In this document: piece after piece, positions 14,336 to 34,112 of the stretch
Layout: the number at the start of each line of letters is the position of its first letter
Position numbering within the stretch: the first letter of the stretch is position 1
Assembly (NCBI RefSeq): GCF_009914755.1
Contig: NC_060926.1
Length of the DNA stretch: 64,000 bases
Origin: the human T2T-CHM13v2.0 reference genome, Homo sapiens
Direction: 5' to 3' (one strand)
Made by a program: the position numbers and the translations under genes
The notes under the pieces: model-generated
What the model was told of the DNA's origin: nothing
Database searches by the model: none
What the model saw: only the letters and a program-made list of their open reading frames with translations

Positions 14336-16390
14336 CTAGAAAATGACAACACAAAAAGTTTAAAAAACAAACAAAAACAAAAACACGTTTATGGACACTG
14401 TACTTTTCTCAAAGAGGATCCAAAGGAGTCTTCACTGTTAAAATGATGTTAACAACCAGTACATAAATACAAGGAAAGTATCACACTGAAACAGTGCACT
14501 GCATGCCCTCAGGGAAGTCTATGTAATTTAGGTTTTAAGGAAGAAAGTAACATCTGGAAGTTGGACTTCATGGTTCATCTACCTATAAGGTCAAAAACAA
14601 CAAATATAATTATCACAGATCAAAACAATAGTTATTTAAACAGGATCTTCAAGACCCTCAACTGTGAAACTCTTGCTAGTCCTGGATAAACAAAATCACT
14701 GTACAATCTATGGAACACTTTTTAACCTTGTTTTTTTCCTTCACACACATACACAAAAACCAACTGATGACTTTAAATTTTAAGACAATTTTATTACATC
14801 AACTTTTCCTAATTTTTAAGGCCACTGTTATAATTAAAATACTTAACAGTCTGTGCTAAACTCTAAATTCGGATCATGAAGGGTACAATTATCAAAAACT
14901 CCAAAAAATGTAGAAAATCTGGAGAGAATTTATTCACTATTGAGTTATGTCTTCAATGGAATAGTGCAAAAGAGGCTCCCTCATGCCTGAGATGGCGGGC
15001 AACGTGGTCTTCATTACCTCTGCAGGATGAAGACGTAATTTGTTCTCTGCTCACCACTTGGACATAAACTCAAAAGAGAATATTTTGCATAGTTTGCAAA
15101 AGCCTCATTTCCAAGCCAGAAGTCAGAGGAACCCATATGATTGAAAACATTCTCCTTTAAAAATGCAAAGAAATGCTTATGTAAATATCAATGTAACAAT
15201 TTTAATCATAAAGGTCTATTACAAGTAGTGTAGGTAATGATGAGCAAATATATCCCACCCCACCACCCCTCACACACATGCCTTAACCTAAATACAGTTT
15301 ATATTTGTGTTAGCCTGAATTTGGATACCAGCAACCCAAAAAGCTGGACTCAAATTTTCATATACTCCTCTGAGGATTAGAATTGACTTTTGGTAAACTA
15401 TAAAAAATTGAGCCTCAAAAAATTGAGGCTATTATAGTAGGTCTATCTAACCTAGTTGGAAAAGATTAAATGAGTCCCTTCCCACTAAGGTACTGAGCCC
15501 CTCCCTCTAGGGTTCTCTTCCCTTCTCTCTCCTTCCCTCCCTTTCTCTCTTTCTCTCTCCCTTTATCCCTTTCTTTCCTTCCTTCTTTCATTTTTTTGGT
15601 TGGGGTATGAGGTGAGGGCAGGGGAGTGGGGGATGGTGTCAAGGAGGTGAAACGTGTAGGAGAAAGTGACATGGTCCATGTTCAGATTCACTGAAGAAAA
15701 AGAACAGAAGTTGATCTTTCTACCCCAGTCTAAATCAGGGATAATGATCTTCAGCTGAAACAACAAAGGCACTCATTGGCTTCCCTCCATTCAAAACAAG
15801 CAGTAATCAAAAACTTATACATAAGTACAACGCATAGACAAGAAAACGGGTAAGTGAGGAAAGTTTCACCACTCTATGTGAGGAAGTGGATGACATGAGT
15901 TTGCTATTGGTCCAGATGATTACTTTATAGAGATTAGCAGTTTGACAGAACAAAAAACTATGTCTGGTGCATACAGACTGAATGTACAGGTGAAGGGGCA
16001 GAGAGAGGAGTGAGCCACAGAGGCTGATGGCCACATATTTCCTCCATACCTTCTGCCATGGGCATGGTTATTAAAACACTGCAGAAGCCAGTGATGATCC
16101 CTCCGGCAGACAGCACCCTGAAGGCAACAAAGGAAGGAGCCATCTTTATAGCAAGACCTTGGGAGCCCGGTGGTGTGGAAAGAGGCCAAGATGAAGGCAG
16201 TAGTGTCTGGGAGAGTTACTGCCCACTGGAAAAAGTAATTGCTCACCCTTGTCTATAAACTCTTGTTTCCCTTGAACTGGACTCTGTAAATGGAAATAAA
16301 CAATTTGGAAATAGATGACAGCAAGATGGTGGCTCTGAATAAAACTATGATCCGGGAAAAGATTAACTCACCATCACCTCTACCTCCATT

Positions 16391-16450
16391 ACACACACAC
16401 ATACATACATTCACGTACACACACACACATGCACACACACACACACACAC
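16391..16450. repeat. Imperfect (CA)n microsatellite ~140 nt downstream of the exon 6 donor (UG-rich in the transcript)
   Basis: Direct reading. Confidence 0.9.
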
Positions 16451-16566
16451 AAACCTGTTTACTTTCTACCAACCAAGCATGAAATTTGAATAGTTGAGAG
16501 TCATATGAGTCCCTGGAGGCAATCCAGGACTCAATGGATCAAAAGGTTTGAGGAAATAGAAAGTTA

Positions 16567-16734
<168 letters not shown>

Positions 16735-18214
16735 CTATGAGGAAATTAGAAATAGGGCATTAAGCTGGTTAAACACATTCCAAGTACATGGTTTGGAAAG
16801 GAAGGAAGGACAGATATCCTTCCCACACATGTACTTACTACAAAACAAACAATGCACAGATCTGAATTTGCAACAAAACTTTTAATTTCTTTCAAAAAGC
16901 GTGAGCTTTCTTAAAAATGTACTACATATTACTCCTCAGGAAAAAGAATGAATGAGAGCACATCAATAAAGGAAAGGTAGGAAAAAATAACCCTTAGATT
17001 TTACTTGACAAGTTTTCATTACTGAAAACAGAGAATAATGTTTTTGGTGCTTCATTTCAGCCTTTAAAATATACAGTAATTTATCTCTCCTGCTTGAAGG
17101 CTTACCTGTCATCAAAGAGTACTTCATGAATTAAGAGTTTAGATTCATTTTCAGTTTTTCAATTTTAAATGTTGCAATCAAAGTCTCTCTCTCTGTCATT
17201 CTATAAATGAATTAGAGACCATTTTTTCAAACAAATTTTTCAAATAAACTCAGTGAGAAACTCTACCAACTGGTAAGTGCAATATTCAGTCATTCTAAAA
17301 TGAAAGTCAGGAATAACAAACTGCAAAAGTAGTGTTCAGCTATCACTGGCTCTGGGCACCGTTACTCATAAACTGTAAGACAGTCCAGAATATCTCTGAA
17401 CTTTTGAACTATTGGGCAACCAAACTTTGTAATAAGTGATATCCACAAAAACAACAAAATGTTCCAGCAATCCCCTGTGTACTATACAAAAGTCAAAATC
17501 AGAGCATTTCTGTTGTGGGGATCCATGACTAAATGCAAAAAACTTGTTAGCAAACATAACAATGGTGCTGCTATTGGATGCCACCGTCACACTCTTTGCA
17601 ACTCTGTAAATAATAGTCATATCTAAGTATATACATATTATTTAAAGATTACATAATTTTCATTCACATTTACTTATCAAAGACTACAAATTAATGTTGC
17701 TTTAACTTTTCATGACATTAAAAGTAGTTTTTATAGAAGTCTCATCATTTTTATTTAATTATATTTTCCTATGGACTTGTGATAACTCACTCCATTTTCC
17801 CATGACCTCAGCTCCAACCACTTCACCCTTCAAATGAAGTGGGAATTTTCAATCCATCTACATCATTACATGGATTTGAAATTGGTCCCCATGGCAAAGA
17901 TATTCCTAAATAGCATCAAAAGTAGACACAGGTTCACTCCCTGTCTTATATATCTTTTTCTTTCCTTCTACCTCTTTTCTATCTCTTTCTTATGTCTTTG
18001 TCTTCCCTATATGTCTTAATCACCCAGAAATATCAAATGGTAGCCATGGGTACAATTTAGCCTTATTAATAACACTCAGTACTAAAGAAGATGTGGACCT
18101 TTACCTTCAAGATGAAGCAGAATGCTCACTGAAGGAGTAGTGTTAGTAGAATAGATTGTCTGTTTTCTATAAGGTCAACAGTTAAAGGACTCTTATTTGT
18201 CTTTTAAAGATACG

Positions 18215-18430
18215 TATTTGAAGGATCACAGATGAAAAAATCATAGAGTATGTGCATCTGGCTTCCAAATGATCCTGCAGGAGGCAGGGTGGAGGGTATA
18301 GATAAAAAAGATTGGCCAAGAAGTGGTAATTATTGAAGCTGGTTATAGGTCCAGGAGGTTCATTACACTATTCTCTCTACTTTTGAGTATATTTGAAGTC
18401 TTCCAAAATAAAAAAGATTTTAAAAAATAA
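18215..18430 (+). mobile_element. Old L1M 3' end
   Basis: ggttcattacactattctctctactttt...tttgaagtcttccaaaataaaa terminal motif. Confidence 0.65.
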
Positions 18431-19654
18431 AATTAATGACTTAAAAATGAGAAGTTAAACACAGAAAAAAAGAAGTTACATATATGCGGCTCTCAGTTTA
18501 TACAGTATAATTAAAACATCAGGGTACAATAGATATTGTAAAATAGACTCTGTAAATGCAAGGAAAACAGTGAGAGAAAGAGAGAAAGTAATCTTTGGAA
18601 GAATCTTAAACACTAATCAGGCAGACATTTCCTTTTTTAAAAAAGTCAGCTCTCAAATGCATATATTTTCAACTTTTCAAGTTTGAGAATTTTATAAGGT
18701 GAGTTAGATAAGCACTAACAGGGAAAAGAGTTAGAACAAACACTGGCACCTCCAAATACCCACACCTAAAGCCCATAGTTTCAAATCTGTGCTCATCCTA
18801 ATGAAGAAAAACAATACTGTGGGCTTATAAAAGGTAAAATAAATAAATCTTGGGTTAAAAAGGTAGGTAGGTAGGTAGGTGGATAGGAGAACTAAAGGAA
18901 AGATAAAGAAAGGCAGTTATGCTGAAGGGAAAGATCCTATGCCCTTGAAAATGCATTTCATCTAATTATGAGATGAAAATTAGCAGAGCTTCAGAAACAG
19001 TGTGACTGGATGAGAGTGAACTTGTACATTTAACTCCACCGTCTTCCAAAATGCCACTCTCCACTAAAATAACAATAAAAGAACAAAACAAAACAAAACA
19101 GAAACGCAAGGACAAAGACAACAGAAAAGGAGAAGATGGCAACTATATTTTTAAGATCAGAAAGCAGAAAAGCAAATGACAACTGACTTAATGGACTCAA
19201 AAAAACTAAGCAGAAAAAGCCAAAAAGGAAGCCAATGTACATGACAGGACCCCCAAAAGATTCAATTATTAGCTGCATTGGTACCTCTGGAAGTGATGGT
19301 GAAGGTGGAGCTGAAAACAAGGGGCTTAGCTGGATATCTGTTTAAGAAGCAGTTAGTTACCCCTGCCTTACTCCAAATAAGGCCTCCACCCTTTCCCAAC
19401 CTTGGCAGAAGACTAGAGGTCTACTGTCTGAGGAGTTTAACAGAGGATCTCTGAACCAGCATAGACCACACACAGTTGAGAGGGAGAATACTACAGTGAA
19501 AAAAGGTAGTAAACTGAAAGTCCTTCTGCAAAATTGAACACTGAGACCTCCAACTACTTATTACTCAGCAACCAAAACATCAAAAGCCAGATCTAATATT
19601 CCAGATTGGAGACTAGACAATTTTTCCCTGATTCCCTAATCCGAAATAAAAGAC

Positions 19655-19870
19655 CTAGCCTAGGCAACATGGCAAAACCCCATCTCTACAAAAAATACAA
19701 AAAATTAGGCAGGCATGGTGGCACACGCCTGTAGTACCAGCTATTCAGGAGGCCGAGGTGAAAGGATCCCTGGAACCTGGGGAAGTCAAGGCTACAGTGA
19801 GCCATGATCCTGTCACTGCACTCCAGCCTGGGGGACAAGGTAAGACCCTGACTCAAAAAAAAAAGAGAAA
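19655..19870 (+). mobile_element. 5'-truncated AluJ
   Basis: Alu right portion with poly(A). Confidence 0.8.
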
Positions 19871-20521
19871 AAGAAAAACAGAGACCCAAACAAAGAGTAA
19901 AAATAAATAAATAAATGTGGAGAAAGCAGACACTATGCAAGAAGAAAACTTTAAAAAAACAACAAAGAAACCTGTCTTCAATATCTTTGAAGAAGTGAAA
20001 GAAAAGAGTGCATCCATGAAACAAGAACAGTATGCTATTTTTTAAAAGGAATATTCAGAAAACCAAAAAGAGTTCCTGAAAATTAGAAATACAGCAGAAA
20101 TAGAAAATAGAAGGCTCAGAAGGAAAATAGGAGAGAAAAGAAGACTAAAAGGTCATAAATGTAACATTTAATAGTCCTAGAAACTAAGAAAATAGAATAA
20201 GAAAAGTAATAAAATTTTCAAGAATTGAAGGACGTAAGTTTCCAGATTAGAAAAGCCCAATGAATGAAGAGCCCAGACCAATGAATAAAAATAAACTCAC
20301 ACCAAGGAATACCATCGTGAAATTTCATAAACACCAAAGAAAAGAAAAAATATTAAAACACTCCCGAGTCAGAGTGGAAAAAGTTTCAAGATTAAATTAA
20401 GAATGAGAATGGCACTGTGGCAACACTGGAAACTAGAAAACAAAAGAGCAATGCTTTCAAAATTATAAGGAAAATAAACTCCTACTAGAATTCAATAACC
20501 AGCCAAACTATCTTAGCATAA

Positions 20522-21140
<619 letters not shown>

Positions 21141-21670
21141 CGGAACAAGAGGTTTTTACATATGAAAAGTCTCAAAAAAATTTTATTCCACTTTCCTCAA
21201 GAAGCCATTGCAGGAAGTATTCTACCAAAAATAGGTAAACCGCAATAAAAGAAGAGATAAAATGCAGCAAACAGGAGGTTCAACGTAACAGAACAGCAAA
21301 TGGATTCTCCAAGGTAAAAGTGAAGGGTGATCACAGAATGACTCCTATGCAGTGAGCTTACACAGTCTGGCTTCTGGCCCTGAAGCAGGTGAGGAAACAA
21401 CAGGAAAATGGTGCAGCTGCTGTGGAAAACAGTCAGGTGGTTTCTCAAAAAGTTAAACAGAATTACCATATGACCCAGAAATTACACTCCTATGTATATA
21501 GCCAAAAGAACTGAAAACAGGTATTCAAACAAATATTTGTATACATATGTTCATAGCAGCACTATTCACAATAACCATAAGGTGGGAACAACTCAAAGGT
21601 CCATCAGCTGATGAATGGATAGACAAAATATAACATATTTATACTATATTATACAATGGAATAGTATTCA

Positions 21671-22239
<569 letters not shown>

Positions 22240-22289
22240 CTAGATATAAGACACTGTGAACGTACTAAATGCCACTCAATTGTGCACTT

Positions 22290-22608
<319 letters not shown>

Positions 22609-22820
22609 TGATTAATTTTATGTAAATTTTACCTCAAATTTTTTTAAAAAAGAAAGCTCCTGGAGAGCTCCAAGAAGATGAAATTAATAGAATACCTAAT
22701 GTGTTTTAAACACATTAAAAAGAGATCTTAATAATTGGGCCAAGGTTTGAGAATGACTTAGTATTAGTACACAGAAAACTAAACAAATGAAAACTAGAAA
22801 CTCTAAGAACAATAACTTTA

Positions 22821-23110
22821 GGCCAGGTGCAGTGGTTCACTCCTGTAATCCCAGCACTTTGGGTGGTCAAGGCAGGCAGATCACTTGAGGCCAGGAGTTC
22901 AAGACCAGCCTGGCCAACATGGCAAAACCCCACCTCTACTAAGAATACAAAAATTAGCCAGGTGTGGTGGCACACTCCTGTAATCCCAGCTAGTTGAGTG
23001 GCTGAGACATGAGAATTGCTTGAACCAAGAGGTGGAGGTTACAGTGAGCCAGGATCACACCACTGCACTCCAGCCTGAGCAACAGAGCCAGACTCTGTCT
23101 CAAAAAAATA
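22821..23110 (+). mobile_element. AluS
   Basis: TSD-like ataactt. Confidence 0.88.
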
Positions 23111-23264
23111 TATAATAACTTCAGCCACCAATAGTATTTACAAAATTATAATAACTCATAGGATTACTGATCTAAGCAGAATCATGACATAATTATATTG
23201 GGGGAAAGGGGACAGAAGTCCAAGTCTGTGATAAAGAGGGAGAGGAGAGAGGTGAAAGAACTAG

Positions 23265-23555
<291 letters not shown>

Positions 23556-23755
23556 GTGAAAGAACTAGCTTCTAATCTTCTATAGTTAGGATACAATTAA
23601 AAAGTATTTAAAAGTAGAAAAAAAGTAGAAGTGCTTTACTATTTAAATAAATGGAAGTAAACACTGAAAGAAACAGCTATTAAGAGTTTAAAGAAGTTGT
23701 CTCTGGCGAGGGGGAAATTTAAAAAATAGGAGTGAAATACCATGGAGAACTTCTA

Positions 23756-23980
<225 letters not shown>

Positions 23981-25996
23981 TTAAAAGGGAAAACAAAAAT
24001 AAATCAATTATATCTGGAATAAGTAGTTTAAACCACTGCAATGTTCCTACAGAAAAAAATTAAGAGAAGTTTTAAAAGTCAATATCATCTGCTTCTATTA
24101 AAATAACTGCAATTTTTGTGTGTGCCCAGAAACCATGCGCAGGAACACAACTGATACAAAAAATATAATTTTACACTTAAGAATATGTACCATTGCATAT
24201 AAGGCCATGAGATTCTTAATTTCTCTTTATTTAATTTTAATTAGAAAGTGATTTCTATCTTACATCATAAATGGCTGCTATTTTACATCCCGTATAAAAT
24301 CAATAGTGTTTTCCCAGTTTCTCAAGGAGTCGAATTAAACCCTTTATCAGAAGCATGAATACCTAAATTACAGTATAATGCAATATTTGTCATACTAAGT
24401 ATGGTTTGATTGAGGCTTGATTATTACATTCACACTAGCCTGAATATGTCTATTGAAGATAGGTATAAGAAAAACTATCAAAAGCATATCATTAGCTCAG
24501 CAGCAAGCACCTTATTAAAAGCTTCTGATATTGTTAAAAATATGGTCTTGACACAAAGCTTCAAAATCCCCATAAAATCCATGATTATTAGTCTGAACTA
24601 TTAAAATATTTTAAGATAAGTTAAATTAGTGTTTCACTTTTAAATAAAGAGCTAAATACAGTACACTAATTTTTAGATAGGAACTAGTCACACTGTGTAA
24701 CATACAACCAAAACCCTCTGGCAGCTTGTCTTCATGCACTAACAACGTTATTTACATTCTTACAGAGTTCTATACTTACTATAAAAGTCAATTCACAAAT
24801 GACTGGTACTTTAACAAGCATAGACTGGATAAACTAATTTAGAAGCTCATGCCAAAAAAAAAAAATCATGAACAAAGTTAAGAAAGCAGGAAGCCTGTTT
24901 AACTGATGTCTTAAGAACAAAATTATTTTCAAATTTCAGCCAATTTTATTAGTGAAAGAGTTTTGCCATCGATAGCTATCAGTTATACTAGAGAATTAGT
25001 AAATACACATTTAAAGTTTTATAATCTCCAACTATGCTGTTTTCTCTAATTTCTGCAAATTCTTTAAATAAGATACTGATCTCATATTGTAAATGGTTTA
25101 ATGGATTCCCTTTAGTTTTATATACATACACTTTTTCTTAATAAAAGCATTACTACTGGGATAGGGGAATGTAAGAATTCTGAACTGGACGTTCTACCAG
25201 TCTAGAGTCAATATAATAGCTCTGAATAGATTGCAGCAATCAGCAAAGTTGGAAGAAGGCATTGGATGTCACTGGGGAGATGGGATTCTCATCTTTTCTT
25301 TGAAATGGAATGCAGGATTCATTTCTTCCCTAAGTAGGGACAAATACTTCAAAGTTTTCAATAGGTCAAGCGTTTTCACCTTACATAAATACAAATTTAA
25401 AAAGCAAAGAATTAACCCAATAGCAATTTGTGGGATCCTGGTTTCTAACCAACACAAAAGATGATCCTTAAATCTATGTGAAACTTCGAAGTTGTAAAAT
25501 ATGTTAAAGTTTACAAAACAATTAAAATAATAAAGATAGCAGAAAATATTTAGGGCTACAAATATTGTAGCAGATTATTAAAGATTTTTAGGATCTAACT
25601 TAATTAATTAGCTGTTTCTAGTCCCAAATTAATTAATTTCTTACTTTTAAGGTCTAACAAAAAGAAGTGTTTCATCTTCAAGTTAAAAAAAATTAAAAAT
25701 GGAAAGCAAATTAGAACAAATTACTATATTTAATTAAGTAACATTACAATTATTAAAGGGAATAGTTATTTCATGGTAACCTTTTAAAGGTTATTTCAAG
25801 AGTTAAAATATAATTATTTGATAATAAATGTATATATTACTACCTAGATAATTCTTATATAATGGTAGAATGAAATTGAATCCCTTTTATATAATAAGAA
25901 AATATCAGAATCTCAAATATGAAACTATGTAAAATAAAGTCCAAAATGCAAAAGCGTTCAAGCTAAGAAAATTCAATTATCTATAAAAATTTTTTT

Positions 25997-26384
<388 letters not shown>

Positions 26385-28323
26385 TCATAAACTTCTTAGC
26401 CATCTCTAAATAAGATCTTAGAATGTCTCTGAAACAATTAAAATGATGGTCTAAATTAGTCATAGTGATCTCCCCAAATACAGAAGTGTCATTTTCCATG
26501 AGTATTTGGACATTTTCTACTTCTCCCAAAGTGGTCACTTGACAGCTTTATATATGGTTTTGTTATGATCATTATTATATGCTGTGGTTTATTTACTCTG
26601 ATACTTTTAGGGTTTTTTTAAGACACATCATGGACTACTATAATTACTAGAACTAATAAGATTACAAACCTACTTTGGCACTTCTGGAGATGTATTCTAC
26701 TTCTCTTCTGTTATCATTGTTTCTACTACCAAGTGCCTGAGACTGATTCAGATACACAGAAATAATTAGTAGAACTATTGTTTTCAAGTCCAATTCATAA
26801 ATTGCCACTTTACTTTTATCAGAATGTGATAAATAAAATTATATAAAAGCTCCAGAACTGGAGAGCTTATGCTTGTATGAGGTAATAACTCAAACAGCTG
26901 GTGTTTTTATGTTACCCAGCTTTATCAGGTCCTGCGTGACATGAAAGGGAACACCAATAGTCTCAAATATACCAAATACATCTAACTGAAACTGTATAGC
27001 AAGTTCCACCCACCCCCAGAGAGAATCCCATCTTTCCAGTGGCAAACAAGGATCTTTTTTTTGCCATGTTTAAGAATGCTATTTCTGTAGCATAGTTCTG
27101 GCCTGGAAGAAAGGGAAATGACAGTCACATCTTATTGGCAGCAAAATCACGATATAGTATTTTATACTAGGTTGGCATAGCTAAGAGAACCAGGAATCCA
27201 TTAGTTTTCTGACATATAGAAAACAAAAGACAACTTTTTCACTTCCTGCAGAGCATGGGCTTATGAAAGGGATGGTTTATACTTCCATTGAAAAGGGAAC
27301 TGGGGCTAAATACAAAAGTAGCCTGTCATTATGTTCTCTTTGCTCAAAGGAGAGGAGCACAATGATTTGTCAGGAGAGCAGGTAACGGTGACAACTGTGA
27401 TTAAGTAAAAATGTTCACAGATGTGTAACATTAGTCAGTTTAGCTGTATCAGTCACTTATGATGATTGGACTAGATGAAATACACATTAAATCATATATA
27501 TTATGTAAATATGTCTTAACAGAGGTTTTAATTTCCCCAGAAACCCATACTGTGTCTCCCCATCTCATCCACCCTCATCCCTCCCCTGGTTCTTATGGGC
27601 ACTTCCTACTGGTCTTGTTCACCTTTCTGCAGTACAAAATTACCTCTGACCGGGGCTGGCACTCTTCTCCAAGACTGCCACCATGCCTGTTCCATGAATG
27701 AGCCTGGAAGGAGCTGCTGTACCAACGGTGTGGCCAGAGAACTCCTCCTGTAGGTATACAAGCCATCAGCCCTGTGACACAGCCCACCTACCATCAGCCC
27801 AACGACATCCTTATTCCAAGGATTCCAGCCCAGCAGGAGCCACTACAACCAACTTATAGGCTTGAGACCAAACATTCTTATTGTCAGGGGGAAAAGTTCC
27901 TCAGTAGCTGAATTTCACCTGCACAGTTCTTAAAGTGAAGTCAGAGAGGTTTTTAGGACTCCCACCATGAATGGTGAATATCCTTGTACATAGCTGAACA
28001 AAAACAATGGTGAGACTTGTAGAAGTGAAGAGTTTTTCAGTGAAGGAAAAATTGGGAGGAAAGAGGAGGAACAACTGGGAAGCCAAAAAAGAAAACAAAG
28101 GAAAACAAACAACAACAACAAAAAGACCAACAACAGGAACTTGTAGAGGAAGTCCCAACCAACATGGCATGTAGACTCAGTCCCAGACTTCTGGGTTCTC
28201 CTCTCAGATGGTCATTAGTTTCCTGAATGACCTCCTGTTTCTCTGAGAGAAAGTATTTCTATTAGCCCTTTACCTACCTCTAGAAGGGACTACTGCACAG
28301 TCAATAGAGTAGTCCTGCTGTCA

Positions 28324-28698
<375 letters not shown>

Positions 28699-28984
28699 CT
28701 ATTATTATTGAAGCTAGACACTTCAACAGTCTATCATCAAACAGCATAAAAACTAATAACACTCCACCTTTTCTTTCACCTTGAACTCTTAAGCTACTCT
28801 AATAGCCTTGAGTACTAAAAAAAAAAGCAAAAAACAAAAAACTTCTCTGCAATATCCGAAAGCAACACCAAGAAAAAAAAAAATCAAAAAATCTTCCTGA
28901 TTTAATTTGAATACTCAGGTGAAGCTCTACTTCTTACCAAATTAAGCTATATATTTATTATCATAGAATTTTCATTTCTTTTTA

Positions 28985-29578
<594 letters not shown>

Positions 29579-29581
29579 TAG

Positions 29582-30228
<647 letters not shown>

Positions 30229-30503
30229 CACCATAGAACTTCATATTATTGCATGTCTATAGCTTTGTTTCCAGTGAGAAAGGGTACATTTTTCATAACT
30301 ACACTTCCATCTCCTGGCTCTTTAAAATAATAACAGTGGTTGTGCCTAACCCATCCCAATTTATTCTCTCCTTCAGGGAAAAACAGCCTATTTCAGAGGC
30401 ACAAATGGAACACATTTTTATTTGCTATATGTATTAATGGTCAAACATAGTACTACATTTAAAGGAATCTCTGCTTTTTGAGGTTTCTTCAGTCAGAGGG
30501 TGA

Positions 30504-31321
<818 letters not shown>

Positions 31322-32499
31322 TAAATGCATGGCAGCTACTGACAACACAATGTAGTATAACTGCTTATCTAGGTTACCTGAATCTAATAGTACTGAACAG
31401 GATCTCCAGTACACTTGTGGACAATGGTGAGACCAAGGCAAACTTACACTGTAGCTAGCACACACCAGTCATGCAATAGCCTCTACAAGGCTCATGCCAC
31501 CTGACAGTAACAGATATACAAACCATTAAGTAATTATCCACGGCATGCATTAGAAGTTTTATTAAAGAAACATCAAAGAGGAAACAATTAACTAATATTT
31601 TATTCACTCTTAAAAAAACTCCAGAACCCTTTCCTGAGTTTTCACGTTCTGAAATGGATTTCCAAGGCCTCAATCTAAGTCCTCTCCCCAGAGCAGAGGT
31701 ATCTTTAACAACAAAAAACCTTATATAAACACTCAAGTAAATGTTCAATATTACTACTTATATAAATACTTGCAAAGATGCACACAGTTTAAGTATATAA
31801 TTTGATGTGTATAAAATCATATCTAAAAAAAGCATAAATGAGAATATATACAAGTACACAGATAACATTATCATCATAGTCTACAAGAGATGCTGATAGC
31901 ATAACAGGTTTTCTCCACTTCCTTACACATTGCAGCTAATATTGTCTTCCAACTTTCTCTCATGTGCACAAGAGAAAACTATAAATAGCTCCAAACTAGA
32001 AAACAGAAGGCCATTTGGTGAAAAGGATTTAACTCTATTTAGAATGGATCTAAAATTTCCTTTTACCTAAACATGTGCCTATAAATACATAAGCACAATT
32101 CATTTTATTAAGTGGTTACAAACATGAAAACTGACCTTTACCCCAGATCCAAAATCCTATAAAAATAAACTCCAAGTTAATTACTTCCTTATGCATAAAT
32201 TCTGTAGTCTTGAATATGGCTTGAAATAAGCAGTGCCTAGAAATCTTGTTAAATGGCATTTGCTACAACAGTTTCAATATTTTCCCTCTTAAAAATATGA
32301 AAGGAAACTTTCTTTTATCATTTCTCTCATTCTACTTAAGAAAATTTGTCTCAAAGTGGATCCTTAAAACTAGGAAGGCAGGGACAGAAGGTGAAATGGT
32401 CAAAGTCCTTAGGAAATAGGTGAGCACCATCAAAAGAGCCAACCAGCTAGCCAGGGAATCCAGAACAGAAACAGGGTACAGCTTTTAAAAAATGTTTTA

Positions 32500-32643
32500 A
32501 ATTTTTTAGAGACTGGGTATCACTATGTTGTGCAAGCTGGCCTCAAACTCTGGGCTCAAGAGATCCTCCCATTTCAGCCTCCCGAGGAGCTGAAATCACT
32601 CCTTTGGGAGTTGAGACTACAGGTATGCGCCACTGCACCTGGC
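32500..32643 (-). mobile_element. Alu monomer (FLAM-like)
   Basis: Single diverged arm. Confidence 0.7.
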
Positions 32644-32861
32644 TTCATCTTTTTCTTATTCCATAATAATATTCCTGTCTCTAGATTATGGAGGAAAAGA
32701 ATGAAAGCAAGATTCTTGAGGGCTCATATGTTCTTCAGTTTATACCTGGTACCGTAAAAACTAAAACTGGTTTGTGTTTAATCCTAACTATATTTCTAAA
32801 AATTCTAATTCATAAATCATAGTTTGAAAGAAAAACAGAAGACCTATAAAAAGCTAAAGTT

Positions 32862-33188
<327 letters not shown>

Positions 33189-33762
33189 CTACAAGCTTTC
33201 ATTTACATTAAATAAGGCATATATAAACTTAGCTACTTCCTACACTCATTTTAATCTATTTATCAACAATGGCATGTGTCTTATTGTTAAGTTGGTCTTG
33301 ACAGTCTGTTGGATGAAGTGGCTTGAGTTACTAATTTTATAATAATCGAAACTGGGAAAAGTAATTAAATGGAGGAGACACAAAGAACCATGATATCAAG
33401 GTAGAGGGACAAAAATTAGAATTTGATTGTGAGATCTAATTCTTAATGCACACAGGATATAAGCACAGGGCACTGTCACTAACTCAGACATCTGAATCCA
33501 GTTATTTTCCAAGCATTTCTGCATCACATTTGTGAGATATGTGAGCATGTGTGATACCTACTGAAAATGGAAAATGCAGCATTGCTAGTAGTGCATGGTT
33601 AATGCTGAATGAGATGATGGAGGGTTTGTGCCTTAAACTACAGAATCTAGGTGTTTCTGAGGAAAGTCAACATTCTTCAGGAGGCAAGATGGTCGAAGCT
33701 TGCTCCAAAGGAGGAGGATGCCAAGATTTATATGCAAAAATCTAAATAACTCTGCATAGCAG

Positions 33763-34112
<350 letters not shown>

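Noticed and set aside
15411-15430. 8-bp hairpin AGCCTCAA-aaaa-TTGAGGCT
   Set aside because: Too short for a miRNA or structured RNA; plausible by chance or local slippage
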